Notes under the pieces: model-generated
Told to the model about the DNA's origin: nothing
The model's input: only the letters and a program-made list of their open reading frames with translations
The model's database searches: none
NCBI GenBank assembly: GCA_002269645.1
Contig: NIVC01001730.1
Span: 1 to 64,000 of the forward strand
Source of the DNA: Macrostomum lignano
Taxonomy: Eukaryota
DNA length: 64,000 nt
Direction: 5' to 3'
Shown: positions 25,151 through 40,115 of the stretch, piece after piece
Layout: the number at the start of each line of letters is the position of its first letter
Position numbering within the stretch: the stretch's first letter is position 1
Made by a program: the position numbers and the translations under genes

Positions 25151-26629
25151 GTTGTCAAAGGTAACGAGTGGCGCTAAAATGGACAGGAAGACCAATTTAA
25201 TGTTTGCTGTCATCACGGTGCAAGAGTTCAATGACTTTGCCTCCCAAGTTCGCTCCCAAAACTGATTAGTTTCCAAGAAACCACACACCCCAGCAATGCT
25301 AATGAACTCACTCGCTTTAAAACCGGAGTCAGATGAAAGAATGAAGTCTTTAAAGAAAAACTCATTTTGATATTCAGAGATTCGGCCCCCACCCCAACCC
25401 CCTGTGCCCGCCTCGAGGGCAAATTATCCAGGCTCGAATGTCTCGCCTCCAGCTCGGATGACTCTCGATCTATAAGTAAGGATTTGAGATCAAGATTCGC
25501 AGAGTCTACATTGAAGGGCTGGTGTCGAATAATGTGATAATTATTATCGTATATTAGCAGACTGCCAAAGGACACGTTTTGAATTCTAGTTAACAGCCCA
25601 CGCTTGGATGAGAATTCAAGTGCGTGTGCGAGAGGCAGGAGAAGGCTGTGATTGTTATCTGGGAACAGATGGGGTGTCAGGTTACCTGCCTATGAGCTTT
25701 TTTGGGCCAAGCAGGATATCGCAGAATACGAGCTTATTCCATAACCCCATTTTATAGTCTGCCCTTTGACCTTCTAATAGTCGATCAGGTATGTAACACT
25801 CTCTGTGGCTTGTGGGCTCGCTACTAAAGCAACTTTAGTAGTCCTTGAATCGAACCATGGATTGTGTCGCGACACTTGGACGCATTTGCCACTGAGCTAC
25901 AGATTCAGGCAGAAGTGATGACGCTGACCGACCCTTCCCCTTACTCAGCCTCTCTTCCCCCATCACTTGCTCATTAGCTGGTGTCGAATACTCAAGAGAA
26001 GAGAGTCTTGCGCATTGACTTTTACTGTATGCTCTCCTATACTCTCGCATGTGCGACAGGCACTCACAGGGTCCCCCCTCCTTGGTTGGTGATCAGACTG
26101 AGGCGGGCCTCCACTCCAGGGCTGGCAGTTCAGTCTCTACATAATACATGGTCGAGTGGCACGGACAGGGGGTTTCAGAACGGGGCCCGCCAGTCGATAA
26201 TTAAGCGTGAGAAGAACTCGCGCCACTTCTGACGCGCCGCCCCTTCTACAGAGTAGGAGTCGGGCTGTGCCCTAATGATCGGGCAGCTCCCAGAGGTATT
26301 TAGTATTGAAAACGATTTGTTCTGCGCGAGTATGGGGCAGTTGTTGGTTTCATTTCGTTTTTGAATTGAAGTGCCCCCCCCTCAATCCAGCGCCCAAGTT
26401 GGGGTTCTTTAAGCGCTAAAAAGGTGCGACAAACTCAATTAGGCCAATTATAATTAATTGGCGAGCGGGTTGTGCGAGAGAGAGAGAGAGAGAGAGGCGC
26501 TGGAGAGTGTTTGCCGTGACATTTTCAAAGTGATTGAAAGTAACTGAAAATTTGAGCAAACAAATTTTAATCCTTCAAACTCATTGGAAACTTCACAAAC
26601 ACTCAGAAACTTTACAGACCCTTCAAAAA

Positions 26630-27512
26630 CTTCAAAAACCCTTCAGAGGTTTCACAAACCCTTCAGAAGCATCACAAACCATTCAGAAACATCACAAACA
26701 ATCCAGAAACATCTCAAACCATTCAGAAACCTCACAAACCATCCAGAAACATCACAAACCATTCAGAAGCATCACAAACCATTCAGAAACATCACAAACC
26801 ATCCAGAAACATCTCAAACCATTCAAAAGCATCACAAACCATTCAGAAACATCACAAACCATTCAGAAACATCACAAACCATCCAGAAACATCTCAAACC
26901 ATTCAGAAACCTCACAAACCATCCAGAAACATCTCAAACCATTCAGAAACATCTCAAACCATTCAGAAACATCACAAACCATTCAGAAACATCACAAACC
27001 ATCCAGAAACATCTCAAACCATTCAGAAACCTCACAAACCATCCAGAAACATCTCAAACCATTCAGAAACATCTCAAACCATTCAGAAACATCACAAACC
27101 ATCCAGAAACATCTCAAACCATTCAAAAGCATCACAAACCATTCAAAAACATCATAAACCATTCAAAAACATCACAAACCATCCAGAAACATCTCAAACC
27201 ATTCAGAAACCTCACAAACCATCCAGAAACATCTCAAACCATTCAGAAGCATCACAAACCATTCAGAAACATCACAAACCATCCAGAAACATCTCAAACC
27301 ATTCAAAAGCATCACAAACCATTCAGAAACATCACAAACCATTCAGAAACATCACAAACCATTCAGAAACATCACAAACCATTCAGAAACATCACAAACC
27401 ATTCAGAAACATCACAAACCATTCAGAAACATCACAAACCATTCAGAAACATCACAAACCATTCAGAAACATCACAAACCATTCAGAAACAGCACAAACC
27501 ATTCAGAAACAT
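26630..27512. repeat. 20-bp minisatellite AAACCATTCAGAAACATCAC
   Basis: Direct reading. Confidence 0.95.
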
Positions 27513-28209
27513 TAAAAAGCACTGAGAAACTTTTTTCAAGACACTAAAATCTTCAAAAACATTTTAACTAAATAAAGTTGGCAATATGAATTTGTCATCA
27601 CTGAAAAAAGAAACTAAAAGAAAAGAAGATTTTCTTTCCAATGCCAATTTCCCGTCATTTAAGTCGCTAATGAGCCCCGCCCCCATGCCATGCGGCAGCA
27701 TGACGACAACTGGCTCCAGTTTCCTTTGTAACTGGTGGTGGACACTGCGGGGGATCATAAATTTCATTTCAAGCACTGACTGGCTGTCAAATTGGCAATA
27801 ATTGATCGCCGGGCCCGGGTCAGGGAAGTTAGGAATGAAGAGCGCCTTCTCTGACTCTGACTGCAGTATGTCAGACACGGCGCTAATGGCCCTAAAGTCA
27901 AGCTGTCATGCAGTGCCAAAATCAATTCAATGAGAGACATAGCCAGAATTGAAACCCTTCAGAAGCCCGCCCGGAAGGACTGCCACAATTTAGCCAGCTG
28001 CCAATGCTTCATCACTGTGCTAGGAGGGGCAGCTGGAGGAGGGGCAGCTGGGGCTGGGGCGGGTCATTACCAGCTCATTTAGCGCCAAAGCTGTCAGACT
28101 GGTTGTGAGGCTATTAGGACTTAATTATAACTTCATCTATATTATTATAGATTAGAAAAGACATATCTAAAAATGCAATTTATATTTAATTTTAGATGCG
28201 GATTCATTA

Positions 28210-29721
28210 GGGGGAGGAGATGTCGGGGAGTAGGTCGCCGTGAGGGAGGAGATGTCGGGGAGTAGGTCGCCGTGAGGGGAGGAGATGTCGGGAGTAGGTC
28301 GCCGTGAGGGGAGGAGATTTTAGGGAGTAGGTCGCCGTGAGGGGAGGAGATGTCGGGGAGTAGGTCGCCGTGAGGGGAGGAGATTTTAGGGAGTAGGTCG
28401 CCGTGAGGGAGGAGATGTCGGGGAGTAGGTCGCCGTGAGGGGAGGAGATTTTAGGAGTAGGTCGCCGTGAGGGAGGAGATGTCGGGGAGTAGGTCGCCGT
28501 GAGGGGAGGAGATGTCGGGGAGTAGGTCGCCGTGAGGGGAGGAGATTTTAGGGAGTAGGTCGCCGTGAGGGGAGGAGATGTCGGGGAGTAGGTCGCCGTG
28601 AGGGGAGGAGATGTCGGAGAGTAGGTTGCTGTGAGGAAGGAGATGTCGGGGAGTAGGTCGCTGTGAGGGAGGAGATGTCGGGGAGTAGGTCGCCGTGAGG
28701 GAGGAGATGTCGGGGAGTAGGTTGCTGTGAGGAAGGAGATGTCGGGGAGTAGGTCGCCGTGAGGGAGGAGATGTCGGGGAGTAGGTTGCTGTGAGGGAGG
28801 AGATGTCGGGGAGTAGGTTGCTGTGAGGGAGGAGATGTCGGAGAGTAGGTCACCGTGAGGGGAGGAGATGTCGGAGAGTAGGTCGCTGTGAGGGAGGAGA
28901 CGTCGGAGAGTAGGTTGCTGTGAGGGAGGAGATGTTAGGGAGTAGGTTGCTGTGAGGGAGGAGATGTCGGAGAGTAGGTTGCTGTGAGGGAGGAGATGTC
29001 AGGGAGTAGGTTGCTGTGAGGGAGGAGATGTCAGGGAGTAGGTTGCTGTGAGGGAGGAGATGTCGGAGAGTAGGTTGCTGTGAGGGAGGAGATGTCGGGG
29101 AGTAGGTCGCCGTGAGGGAGGAGATGTCAGGGAGTAGGTCGCCGTGAGGGGAGGAGATGTCGGGGAGTAGGTCGCCGTGAGGGAGGAGATGTCGGGGAGT
29201 AGGTCGCCGTGAGGGAGGAGATGTCGGGGAGTAGGTCGCCGTGAGGGAGGAGATGTCAGGGAGTAGGTCGCCGTGAGGGGAGGAGATGTCCGGGAGTAGG
29301 TTGCCGTGAGGGAGGAGATGTCGGGGAGTAGGTTGCTGTGAGGGAGGAGATGTCGGAGAGTAGGTTGCTGTGAGGGAGGAGATGTCAGGGAGTAGGTTGC
29401 TGTGAGGGAGGAGATGTCAGGGAGTAGGTTGCTGTGAGGGAGGAGATGTCGGAGAGTAGGTTGCTGTGAGGGAGGAGATGTCGGGGAGTAGGTCGCCGTG
29501 AGGGAGGAGATGTCAGGGAGTAGGTCGCCGTGAGGGGAGGAGATGTCGGGGAGTAGGTCGCCGTGAGGGGAGGAGATGTCGGGGAGTAGGTCGCCGTGAG
29601 GGGAGGAGATGTCGGGGAGTAGGTTGCTGTGAGGGAGGAGATGTCGGGGAGTAGGTTGCTGTGAGGGAGGAGATGTCGGGGAGTAGGTTGCTGTGAGGGA
29701 GGAGATGTCGGGGAGTAGGTT
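28210..29721. repeat. 32-33-bp minisatellite GGGAGGAGATGTCGGGGAGTAGGTCGCCGTGA
   Basis: Direct reading. Confidence 0.95.
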
Positions 29722-30623
29722 AGATGTTGTTATAACCTGTCGAGAAGTTCATTTGGCTGCACACTGCAGCTAATTGATATGAAACTCGTACGAAAAATCT
29801 GGCCAAGCTCCCAGCTTCCACCGGCCGCTTCCCGTCACGTGACTCACTCGGCTGAACGTGATTGCTAAAATAGATGGCTGGCGGTGTCCGGGAAAACTAA
29901 AAAAAAACGGGAAAAAAGTGTAGCACGTGCTCGGCCTTCTGCCTCTCTGCCTCATTATTGGGTAGAGCCATAATCATGACACTGATAATTTATCACAGGT
30001 AGCTCAGCCCGCCCAACGCCTGAACAGGGACCGTTAAAAACCTGGAATGGCAGGCCACATACGCCTAAAAATTAGCATCAGAGGCCACTGCCCACTCCGC
30101 TGACTCCTGTGCACTCTCTGTGCCTTGGGGGTTGGCCCTCTTGAGGTTGAATGTGGGCGCGCACGGGATCAAACCAGGGGTTAATTCCCGGCGAGTTTAG
30201 ACGAGTCTGTTCGAAGGAAAATGTCCTTGCCCAGATTTAGCAGAATGGAGATGCAAAGAAGACTCAGAAGCAGACTGAGTCATGGGAGACTCGCTTTTGA
30301 GGCGGCAGGCATTTTTTTCTCTGAGAAACTCGTCGGGCTTCCCGCGACCAACCGCACTGGGGGGAATCTTTTCAATGCAATTTTGACAAACAAAAGAAAG
30401 GTAAAAAAAGGAAAATTCAATTTCTGTCTGAGCACCTGAGCCTGAGCACGCGGGTTTAGCCTGTGCTGCCATTGAAAATGCACGCTGCGCTCTGGGGTCG
30501 GAGCCAAGAACAATAAAAGATGCCTGCTTGTGTTTTTTCTCCGCTTAGAAGGCTTCTGGGCTGCTTGGTTTTGAGGGTTAAACAGAATTTCACGGATGCA
30601 GCATTTTCTGTAGCGGGGTTGCC

Positions 30624-31045
<422 letters not shown>

Positions 31046-31087
31046 AATTTACGAATATTAAACTAACACGAGTTCCGAATAATTGAA

Positions 31088-31742
31088 ATGTGTGAAGCCT
31101 CTGTAAATTGTGTGAAGCTTCTGTAAATTGTGTGAAGCTTCTGTAAATTGTGTGAAGCTTCTGTAAATTGTGTGAAGCTTCTGTAAATTGTGTGAAGCTT
31201 CTGTAAATTGTGTGAAGCTTCTGTAAATTGTGTGAAGCTTCTGTAAATTGTGTGAAGCTTCTGTAAATTGTGTGAAGCTTCTGTAAATTGTGTGAGGCAC
31301 CCATAGTTTGTGTGAAGCTTCTGTAAATTGTGTGAAGCTTCTGTAAATTGTGTGAAGCTTCTGTAAATTGTGTGAAGCTTCTGTAAATTGTGTGAAGCTT
31401 CTGTAAATTGTGTGAAGCTTCTGTAAATTGTGTGAGGCACCCATAGTTTGTGTGAAGCTTCTGTAAATTGTGTGAAGCTTCTGTAAATTGTATGAAGCTT
31501 CTGTAAATTGTGTGAAGCTTCTGTAAATTGTGTGAAGCTTCTGTAAATTGTGTGAAGCTTCTGTAAATTGTGTGAAGCTTCTGTAAATTGTGTGAAGCTT
31601 CTGTAAATTGTGTGAAGCTTCTGTAAATTGTGTGAAGCTTCTGTAAATTGTGTGAAGCATCTATAATTTGTGTGAAGCTTCTATAGTTTGTGTGGAGCAC
31701 CTATAGTTTTTTGTGTGAAGCTTCTCTAGTTTGTGTGAAGTT
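31088..31742. repeat. 20-bp minisatellite CTGTAAATTGTGTGAAGCTT
   Basis: Direct reading. Confidence 0.95.
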
Positions 31743-32949
31743 TCTAACTTCCCAACCTTCTAGTTTTCGTGAATTTTATAGCTTGTAAAAGTTCTACTTT
31801 TGTAAAAGCACCACTTTTATTTCTTTGCACAAGTTTTAACTGGGTACAAGAGGAATGCTTGAGAAACCCACCACAGAGCCGATCCAATACCAATTTTGGG
31901 AATTCTGGGATTTGAGCACAGTCATACCCCCCCCCTGTTCGGCCGCAGAAATTGCTTTCACCAGCAACTGCCATCGCCTCCCAGCATTGCTGCAATCCAT
32001 TCAAGCCATTCTGGTCTCTTTTGGCTTCCTGTTCCGTCATGAGCGCTCCCGCCATGTCCCTCATCTGCCTCTTTATCCAGCCTCCTATGCCGCCTCCCTC
32101 ATCTGAGCAGCGTCTCTCGGATCAAAGCAGCCGCCCCCACCCCCCTAAAGTCATCAGCTCTTCCACACGGCAGCAAAATCAGTTTTATAGCTTCTCTGCC
32201 GCATTGTTATTTTGCAGTTAATGTGGAAAAACTCACCAACGCGCTCTCAAGTTTTCGACCCCCCCTCTGCTTTCAAAAGCTTTCGAGACGAACCCGCAGA
32301 TCCCAGACTTAACAATCTAAATTGGGCAAGCGAGGAACACTCATTCAAGGGATTTCCATATTCCCGAACAAGGAGCCCGTGTCACCTGGCTGATTTCAAC
32401 TCAGTGCTACTCAAACCCTGCGCTGACCCCTCCGGCTAAATATCGATTTGATGAGAGAATATCGATTTTCCTTGCTTGCGTTTCGGCACAACCAGATGAA
32501 GTGTGAGCAGCTGACACTTCTGTGAGAAGGGACCGATGATAATTAGAGGCTGAAGCTGAGCTGGATGTCTGGAACTCAAGACTCGAATCAAGAAACATTT
32601 CTAGGCTGCCATTGTCAGTAGTGCAGAAGTACATCTAGGATCCTCCAGTCTCCTCAAGATAGAAAGAATAGAGAAAGCGAAAAAAATTATACAAAGACTT
32701 CAGAATAAGACAAAGACCTGACAGTTATGCTTAATAATGATGAGTTATTGCCAGCATTCTGTCTGCGGTTTGATAGAGAAATAGATAAAATCGGAGAGCA
32801 CATTTAATCGACCCATATGGCGCTCTTTTTCTTAGAAATCTGCCCCGACACGGAAAAGCGCGAGGAGTTAAAAAGGATTAAGTGATTTCTTCGGATTACT
32901 AATTGATTGATAATGTCTCGCATGGCGTGATGTCACGCATTTCAAGACT

Positions 32950-33450
32950 AGCTGTCACAGGATCCCTGAGGAGCTATCACAGGATCCCTGAGGAGCTATC
33001 ACAAGATCTCAGTGGAGCTATCACAGGATCCCAGAGGAGCTATCACAAGATCTCAGTGGAGCTATCACAGGATCCCAGAGCAGCTATCACAGGATCCCAG
33101 TGAAGCTATCACAGGATCCCAGTGGAGCTATCACAGGATCCCAGAGGAGCTATCACAGGATCCCAGTGGAGCTATCACAGGATCCCAGTGGAGCTATCAC
33201 AGGATCCCAGTGGAGCTATCACAGGATCCCAGAGCAGCTATCACAGGATCCCAGTGAAGCTATCACAGGATCCCAGTGGAGCTATCACAGGATCCCAGTG
33301 GAGCTATCACAGGATCCCAGAGGAGCTATCACAGGATCCCAGTGGAGCTATCACAGGATCCCAGTGGAGCTATCACAGGATCCCAGAGGAGCTATCACAG
33401 GATTCCAGTGGAGCTATCACAGGATCTATCCAGTGATAGAGGAGCTATCT
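32950..33450. repeat. 22-bp minisatellite GGAGCTATCACAGGATCCCAG(T/A), about 30 nt inside the protocadherin intron donor
   Basis: Direct reading. Confidence 0.95.
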
Positions 33451-33480
33451 GAGTTCTGAGAACCCGCCAGTGTCACTCAC

Positions 33481-36258
33481 CTGTTTCTCAGCTCCATCCC
33501 TCAGCATGGAGCCCAGTGGGGAGCCGGGATGCTGCCAAGCGTAATAAGTTGATGAAGCTGCCGAGGCCTCCGGCCCAGATGCCGTTGACGCTGCAGCCGC
33601 CGCGGCCGCCGCCGCTTTCAGTCCAGCCTCTTCGTCTTCGTCTGTTGGCGCTGCCAGCTGTCGGCGCCTCGCTCCGCCCGCTCCTCCGCCGCTGCCGCCG
33701 CCTCTGCCGACCACGCCGCCGCTGGCGCGCACCCGACAGATGGCCACCAACAGGGCGGTAGCCAGCACCGCCGTGCCCACCACGATGGCAACCAGCGCCA
33801 CCAGGCCGTTGAACCCTGCGGAGCCCAGCCTGCCTAGCGGGCCGCCACCCGGAGGCGGCGTCAGCCGGATCTGGAATTCGCCCCGGCCGCTCAGCTGCCT
33901 CGGCCGGCCACGGTCGCGCATCAGCACCAGCACGGTGTACGTACCTGCGGCCGGCGGCGCAGTCTCCGGGTCCCAGGCGGTGGCGAGCCGGCCGGTGTTC
34001 AGGCCGATGCTCAGCAGGCCGCTGGCGTTGCTGGCCCCCAGCCGGTACTCAACTGTGCCGTTGTCGCCGAGGTCGCGATCGGCGCCGCGCACCGTCAGGA
34101 TTGGCGAGCCCGGTGGCAGGTTGGTGTACACGATGGTCCGCTCGGAGCCGACGGCGCTACCTGGAGACGGCTGCTCCAGCACCGGGGCGCAGTCGTTGAC
34201 GTCGGCGACGTCCACCTGGACGGTGGCGGTGGAGCTGCGGCTAATGCGGCCCTGGTCGCGAGCTTCAATTTCGACGTAGAACTTGGCGTAGGCCTCCCGG
34301 TCGATGGGCTTGGCCACCACCAGGGAGCCGTTGCTGAACAGTCGGAGGAATTCGTTGGCAACGTTGTGCGTGTCGCTCAGCATGGCGAAAGTCACCGAGC
34401 CGTTGGCGCCGCTGTCGGGATCGTGGAAGCTCACGCGGCCGAGCTCCGTGCCCGGCGGAGAGTTCTCGACCACCTGGAAGGCCGGCGGACCGGTGTACAG
34501 AGGCGAGCAGTCGTTGACGTCTGTCAGCACCACGACGACCGTAGCGGTGTCCGACTTGCCGCCGTAGTCCCTGGCGGTCACGGTGAACCGCAGGCTCTCG
34601 GCCGTCTCCCTGTCGAGTCGGCCGCGAACTTCGATTCGACCTGACCGAGCGTCAACGCTGAAGTTGGCGGAGCCGGCCTCGTCCAGCTCGTAGTGCACCT
34701 CGCCGAACCTGTCGCGGTCCTGGTCAACAGCCTTGACCACCTGGACGGTCAGCCCGTTGGCCAGGTCCTCCGGGACGCTGACGTGGTAGTTCCTCTGGTC
34801 GAACACCGGCCCGAAGTCGTTGGTCTCTCGAATCGGCACCCGGTACTCGACTCGGGTCACCTTCTCCGGCGACGCGTTGTCGATGCAGCCGACCGTCACG
34901 AGCTCCTCCTGGGTCATCTCGTAGTCGAACGACGTGGCGCTGAACAGGCTGAAGGTCAGGCGCTCCGACTGCGCCCCGGGCTTGGCGCCGCTGCCGTTCG
35001 GCTCCAGGCGGAACATGTTGTTGGACTCGATCCGGCAGTTCACCCGGCCCACTGAGATCTGGTCCGCGTCCGTCACCTGCAGCGTCTTCACCAGCACGCG
35101 AGGAGGCTGGTGCTCCTCCAGGTTGTAGCTGTACAGCTCCGTGATCACCGGCTTGTTGTCGTTGGCGTCGGCGACGGAGATCCTGACTGTGCCGGTGGAC
35201 GACCTCGGAGGGCTGCCCTGATCGCTGGCAATCACAAGCACCTCGGCGGAGCGCTGCTCCGGAGCTTCAAAGTCCAGCTGGCGGGCCAGGAAGAGGACCC
35301 AGAGGCCACCAGACTCACTGCCGACGCGGAAGTGCTCAGCGAGGCTTGGCGGATTCACAGACCCGATGGTGAAGGTGACGTTGGCGTTCTCGCCGAAGTC
35401 TTTGTCGGGGGCGGTCAGGGCTCGAATTTCGTAGCCGGCCAGCTCGGTCTCCGGGAAGCTGGACTCCATCAGGTTGGGTTCGAACACTGGCGCGTTGTCG
35501 TTCACGTCGCCAACTCGGATGGTGACCACGGCGGATGTGAAGTGAACACCGTCGGTGGCCACCAGGGTCACCTGGTACTGCGGCAGCAGCTCCCGGTCCA
35601 GCGCCTTCAACAGCGTCAGGTAGGGCACCGGGACTCTCGACTGGCTGCCGTTAGTCAAGCGCTCCAGCACCACCTCCAGACCAAAGGTGCCGCTGGGGTC
35701 CAGCAGGCTGTAGTTGCTCACCCGGTTGGCGGGGCCGTCCCCGTCATCGGCCGGGGTCAGTCGCAGCCCCGTCGGGCCCGGTGCCGGTGCGTCTTCGCGA
35801 AGCTCCACCGGCACCAGGCTGGGAAACGTCGGCCGCATGTCGTTCTCGTCCGCCAGGATGATGCGCATATTCCGGCGCGCCTCGCGTCCACCCGGCGTCG
35901 ACAAGATCAGGACGCTGAAGTCCAGGCGGCACTCCATGGACTCGCAGCAATCGGCAGCTGAGCACAGCTCGTCCCGGTCCACGTTGCGCCTGGCGTACAC
36001 GGCGCCACGACTGTCCAGAGCGAAGTAGCCGTCGAGACGAGGATTGTCGGCTTTGAGGCTGGTGGTGTGGAATCCCAGACGGGGATCCGGGGCGGGCAGG
36101 CTGGGGTCCAAGCGCAGCAGGTCGCCAACCTTCGCGTTGAAGTCCACATTGTCCGGCAGGGCCAGCTGAATTGGCTCAGCGGACACCTGGCCGGCAGACT
36201 GGCGGACCAGAGCCGGCAGAAGCAGGAGCAGCAACACAACTGTCGCACCTGTTTCCAT
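33481..36258 (-). CDS. Pcdh: Protocadherin, large first coding exon: signal peptide, 7 cadherin (EC) repeats, transmembrane helix and proximal cytoplasmic tail (delta1-like repeat number)
   Basis: ATG at 36258 and hydrophobic leader VVLLLLLLPALV. Repeated DRE/DYE/DFE, DxD and DxNDNxPxF calcium-binding motifs delimit 7 ECs. EC1 has the protocadherin DRD-x-LC motif. TM segment GLVALVAIVVGTAVLATALLVAIC. Donor CAG|GTGAGT at 33480, phase 0. A whole ectodomain in one exon is the protocadherin hallmark. Confidence 0.95.
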
Positions 36259-36292
36259 GGTAACGAATTGTCGAATCTTTTACACCGGGGGG

Positions 36293-36532
36293 CCTGGATT
36301 TATTAGGCATTCATGGTTTGAACTGCCACAATGGATTTCCTCCCTTATTTGCCGCTGACTTGTCTTTCAGTGTCCAGTTTTATCAGTGCCCCCCTGGTTG
36401 GCCCGCACTCTTTGGCTGGCCCGGGCTCAGCCAATCAGCGTTCGATAGCGAATTTCGCTCAGTCTTCAGTGTCAAACTTTCCATAGCTGGCTGGAGCCAT
36501 GCTGACTGTGTAATAAGCGGGGCGCGCCCGCC
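36293..36532 (-). promoter_or_regulatory. Putative protocadherin 5' region: splice acceptor 35 nt above the ATG, CCAAT box and GC-rich box
   Basis: Minus-strand ...taataaatccAG|GCC with the exon starting at 36293. AGCCAATCAG at 36429-36438. GGGGCGCGCCCGCC at 36519-36532. Confidence 0.4.
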
Positions 36533-36687
36533 TCATTGTCTTGTCCGCTCTGTCAAGGACATCTGAATACTAGAATCTGGATAAGAAGTGGTGTATTACA
36601 ATTTGAATTATAGCTTTTTAGTTTTATTTAAGGGATAATCAAAGGGAATGGGATTGAATAGATAGGGAAGTTAGTATAGTTACATTT

Positions 36688-37951
36688 GAAGATCTGAAGA
36701 TTTAGGATCTGAAGCGTTGGGATCTGAAGCGCTGGGTTGGGATCTGAAACGCTGGGTTGGGATCTGAAGATTCGGGATCTGAAGCGCTGGGTTGGGATCT
36801 GAAGATTTGGGATCTGAAGGTTTGGGATCTGAAGGTTTGGGATCTGAAGGTTTGGGATCTGAAGGTTTGGGATCTGAAGGTTTGGGATCTGAAGGTTTGG
36901 GATCTGAAGGTTTGGGATCTGAAGGTTTGGGATCTGAAGGTTTGGGATCTGAAGATTTGGGATCTGAAGGTTTGGGATCTAAAGGTTTGGGATCTGAAGG
37001 TTTGGGATCTGAAGGTTTGGGATCTGAAGATTTTGGATCTGAAGATTTGGGATCTGAAGATTTGGGATCTGAAGGTTTGGGATCTGAAGATTTGGGATCT
37101 TAAGGTTTGGGATCTGAAGGTTTGGGATCTGAAGATTTGGGATCTGAAGATTTGGGATCTGAAGGTTTGGGATCTGAAGGTTTGGGATCTGAAGGTTTGG
37201 GATCTGAAGATTTGGGATCTGAAGGTTTGGGATCTAAAGGTTTGGGATCTGAAGGTTTGGGATCTGAAGGTTTGGGATCTGAAGGTTTGGGATCTGAAGG
37301 TTTGGGATCTGAAGGTTTGGGATCTGAAGGTTTGGGATCTGAAGGTTTGGGATCTGAAGGTTTGGGATCTGAAGGTTTGGGATCTGAAGATTTTGGATCT
37401 GAAGATTTGGGATCTGAAGATTTGGGATCTGAAGGTTTGGGATCTGAAGGTTTGGGATCTGAAGGTTTGGGATCTGAAGGTTTGGGATCTGAAGGTTTGG
37501 GATCTGAAGGTTTGGGATCTGAAGGTTTGGGATCTGAAGATTTGGGATCTGAAGGTTTGGGATCTAAAGGTTTGGGATCTGAAGGTTTGGGATCTGAAGG
37601 TTTGGGATCTGAAGGTTTGGGATCTGAAGGTTTGGGATCTGAAGATTTGGGATCTGAAGGTTTGGGATCTGAAGGTTTGGGATCTGAAGGTTTGGGATCT
37701 GAAAGTTTGGGATCTGAAAGTTTGGGATCTGAAAGTTTGGGATCTGAAGGTTTGGGATCTGAAGGTTTGGGATCTGAAGGTTTGGGATCTGAAGGTTTGG
37801 GATCTGAAGGTTTGGGATCTGAAGGTTTGGGATCTGAAGGTTTGGGATCTGAAGGTTTGGGATCTGAAGGTTTGGGATCTGAAGGTTTGGGATCTGAAGG
37901 TTTGGGATCTGAAGGTTTGGGATCTGAAGGTTTGGGATCTAAATATTTGGG
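36688..37951. repeat. 15-bp minisatellite GGGATCTGAAG(G/A)TTT
   Basis: Direct reading; lies just upstream of the protocadherin 5' region. Confidence 0.95.
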
Positions 37952-38545
37952 GATCATGATGAATTTATTTAGCTTTAAAATGCAACCAATTTTGACAAAG
38001 ATCAGTTCAACTCAACCGAAGTTATGATAAATTTAGAGTAAAATATGACAAATATGACACAAAATTGGGGGGTTAGAGGTAGAGTTGCGTCTCCAGATTG
38101 TGGTTCAGGGGACTCCTTGTCGGTAGTCAGGCCTCCAAGCGGGATCGGGGGTTCCAGTCGGTAGCGCGCGACATGAAAGCTATGAAAAATTAACAATTAA
38201 AAGCCGGAAGCCCAAGTCCTGCGCCGCCAGTAGTGGGATGTCATGGGCTGGTGCATCAGGCAGGCAGCCCGCGGTGGCGGTACTGCAAGAAGAGATGAAA
38301 TTATGTTGTTCTGTGCCAGTGATAGCTCTGCATAGCCAACTGCATAATGAAATCAAATAACGGGAATGCGGAGCGGCCGGTGGGAATAAAGACGACAGCG
38401 AGAGAGAATATTGTGGCGGGCTTCAAGTGTATCATAATTTATACGTTGAATAATCAGTGGCAACGCATACCATGAATTAGTGTTGTTCAAATTACTAGCC
38501 TCATTCTGGTATGAACTTTCAATGCCTGCAGTATATATTTTAATG

Positions 38546-40115
<1,570 letters not shown>

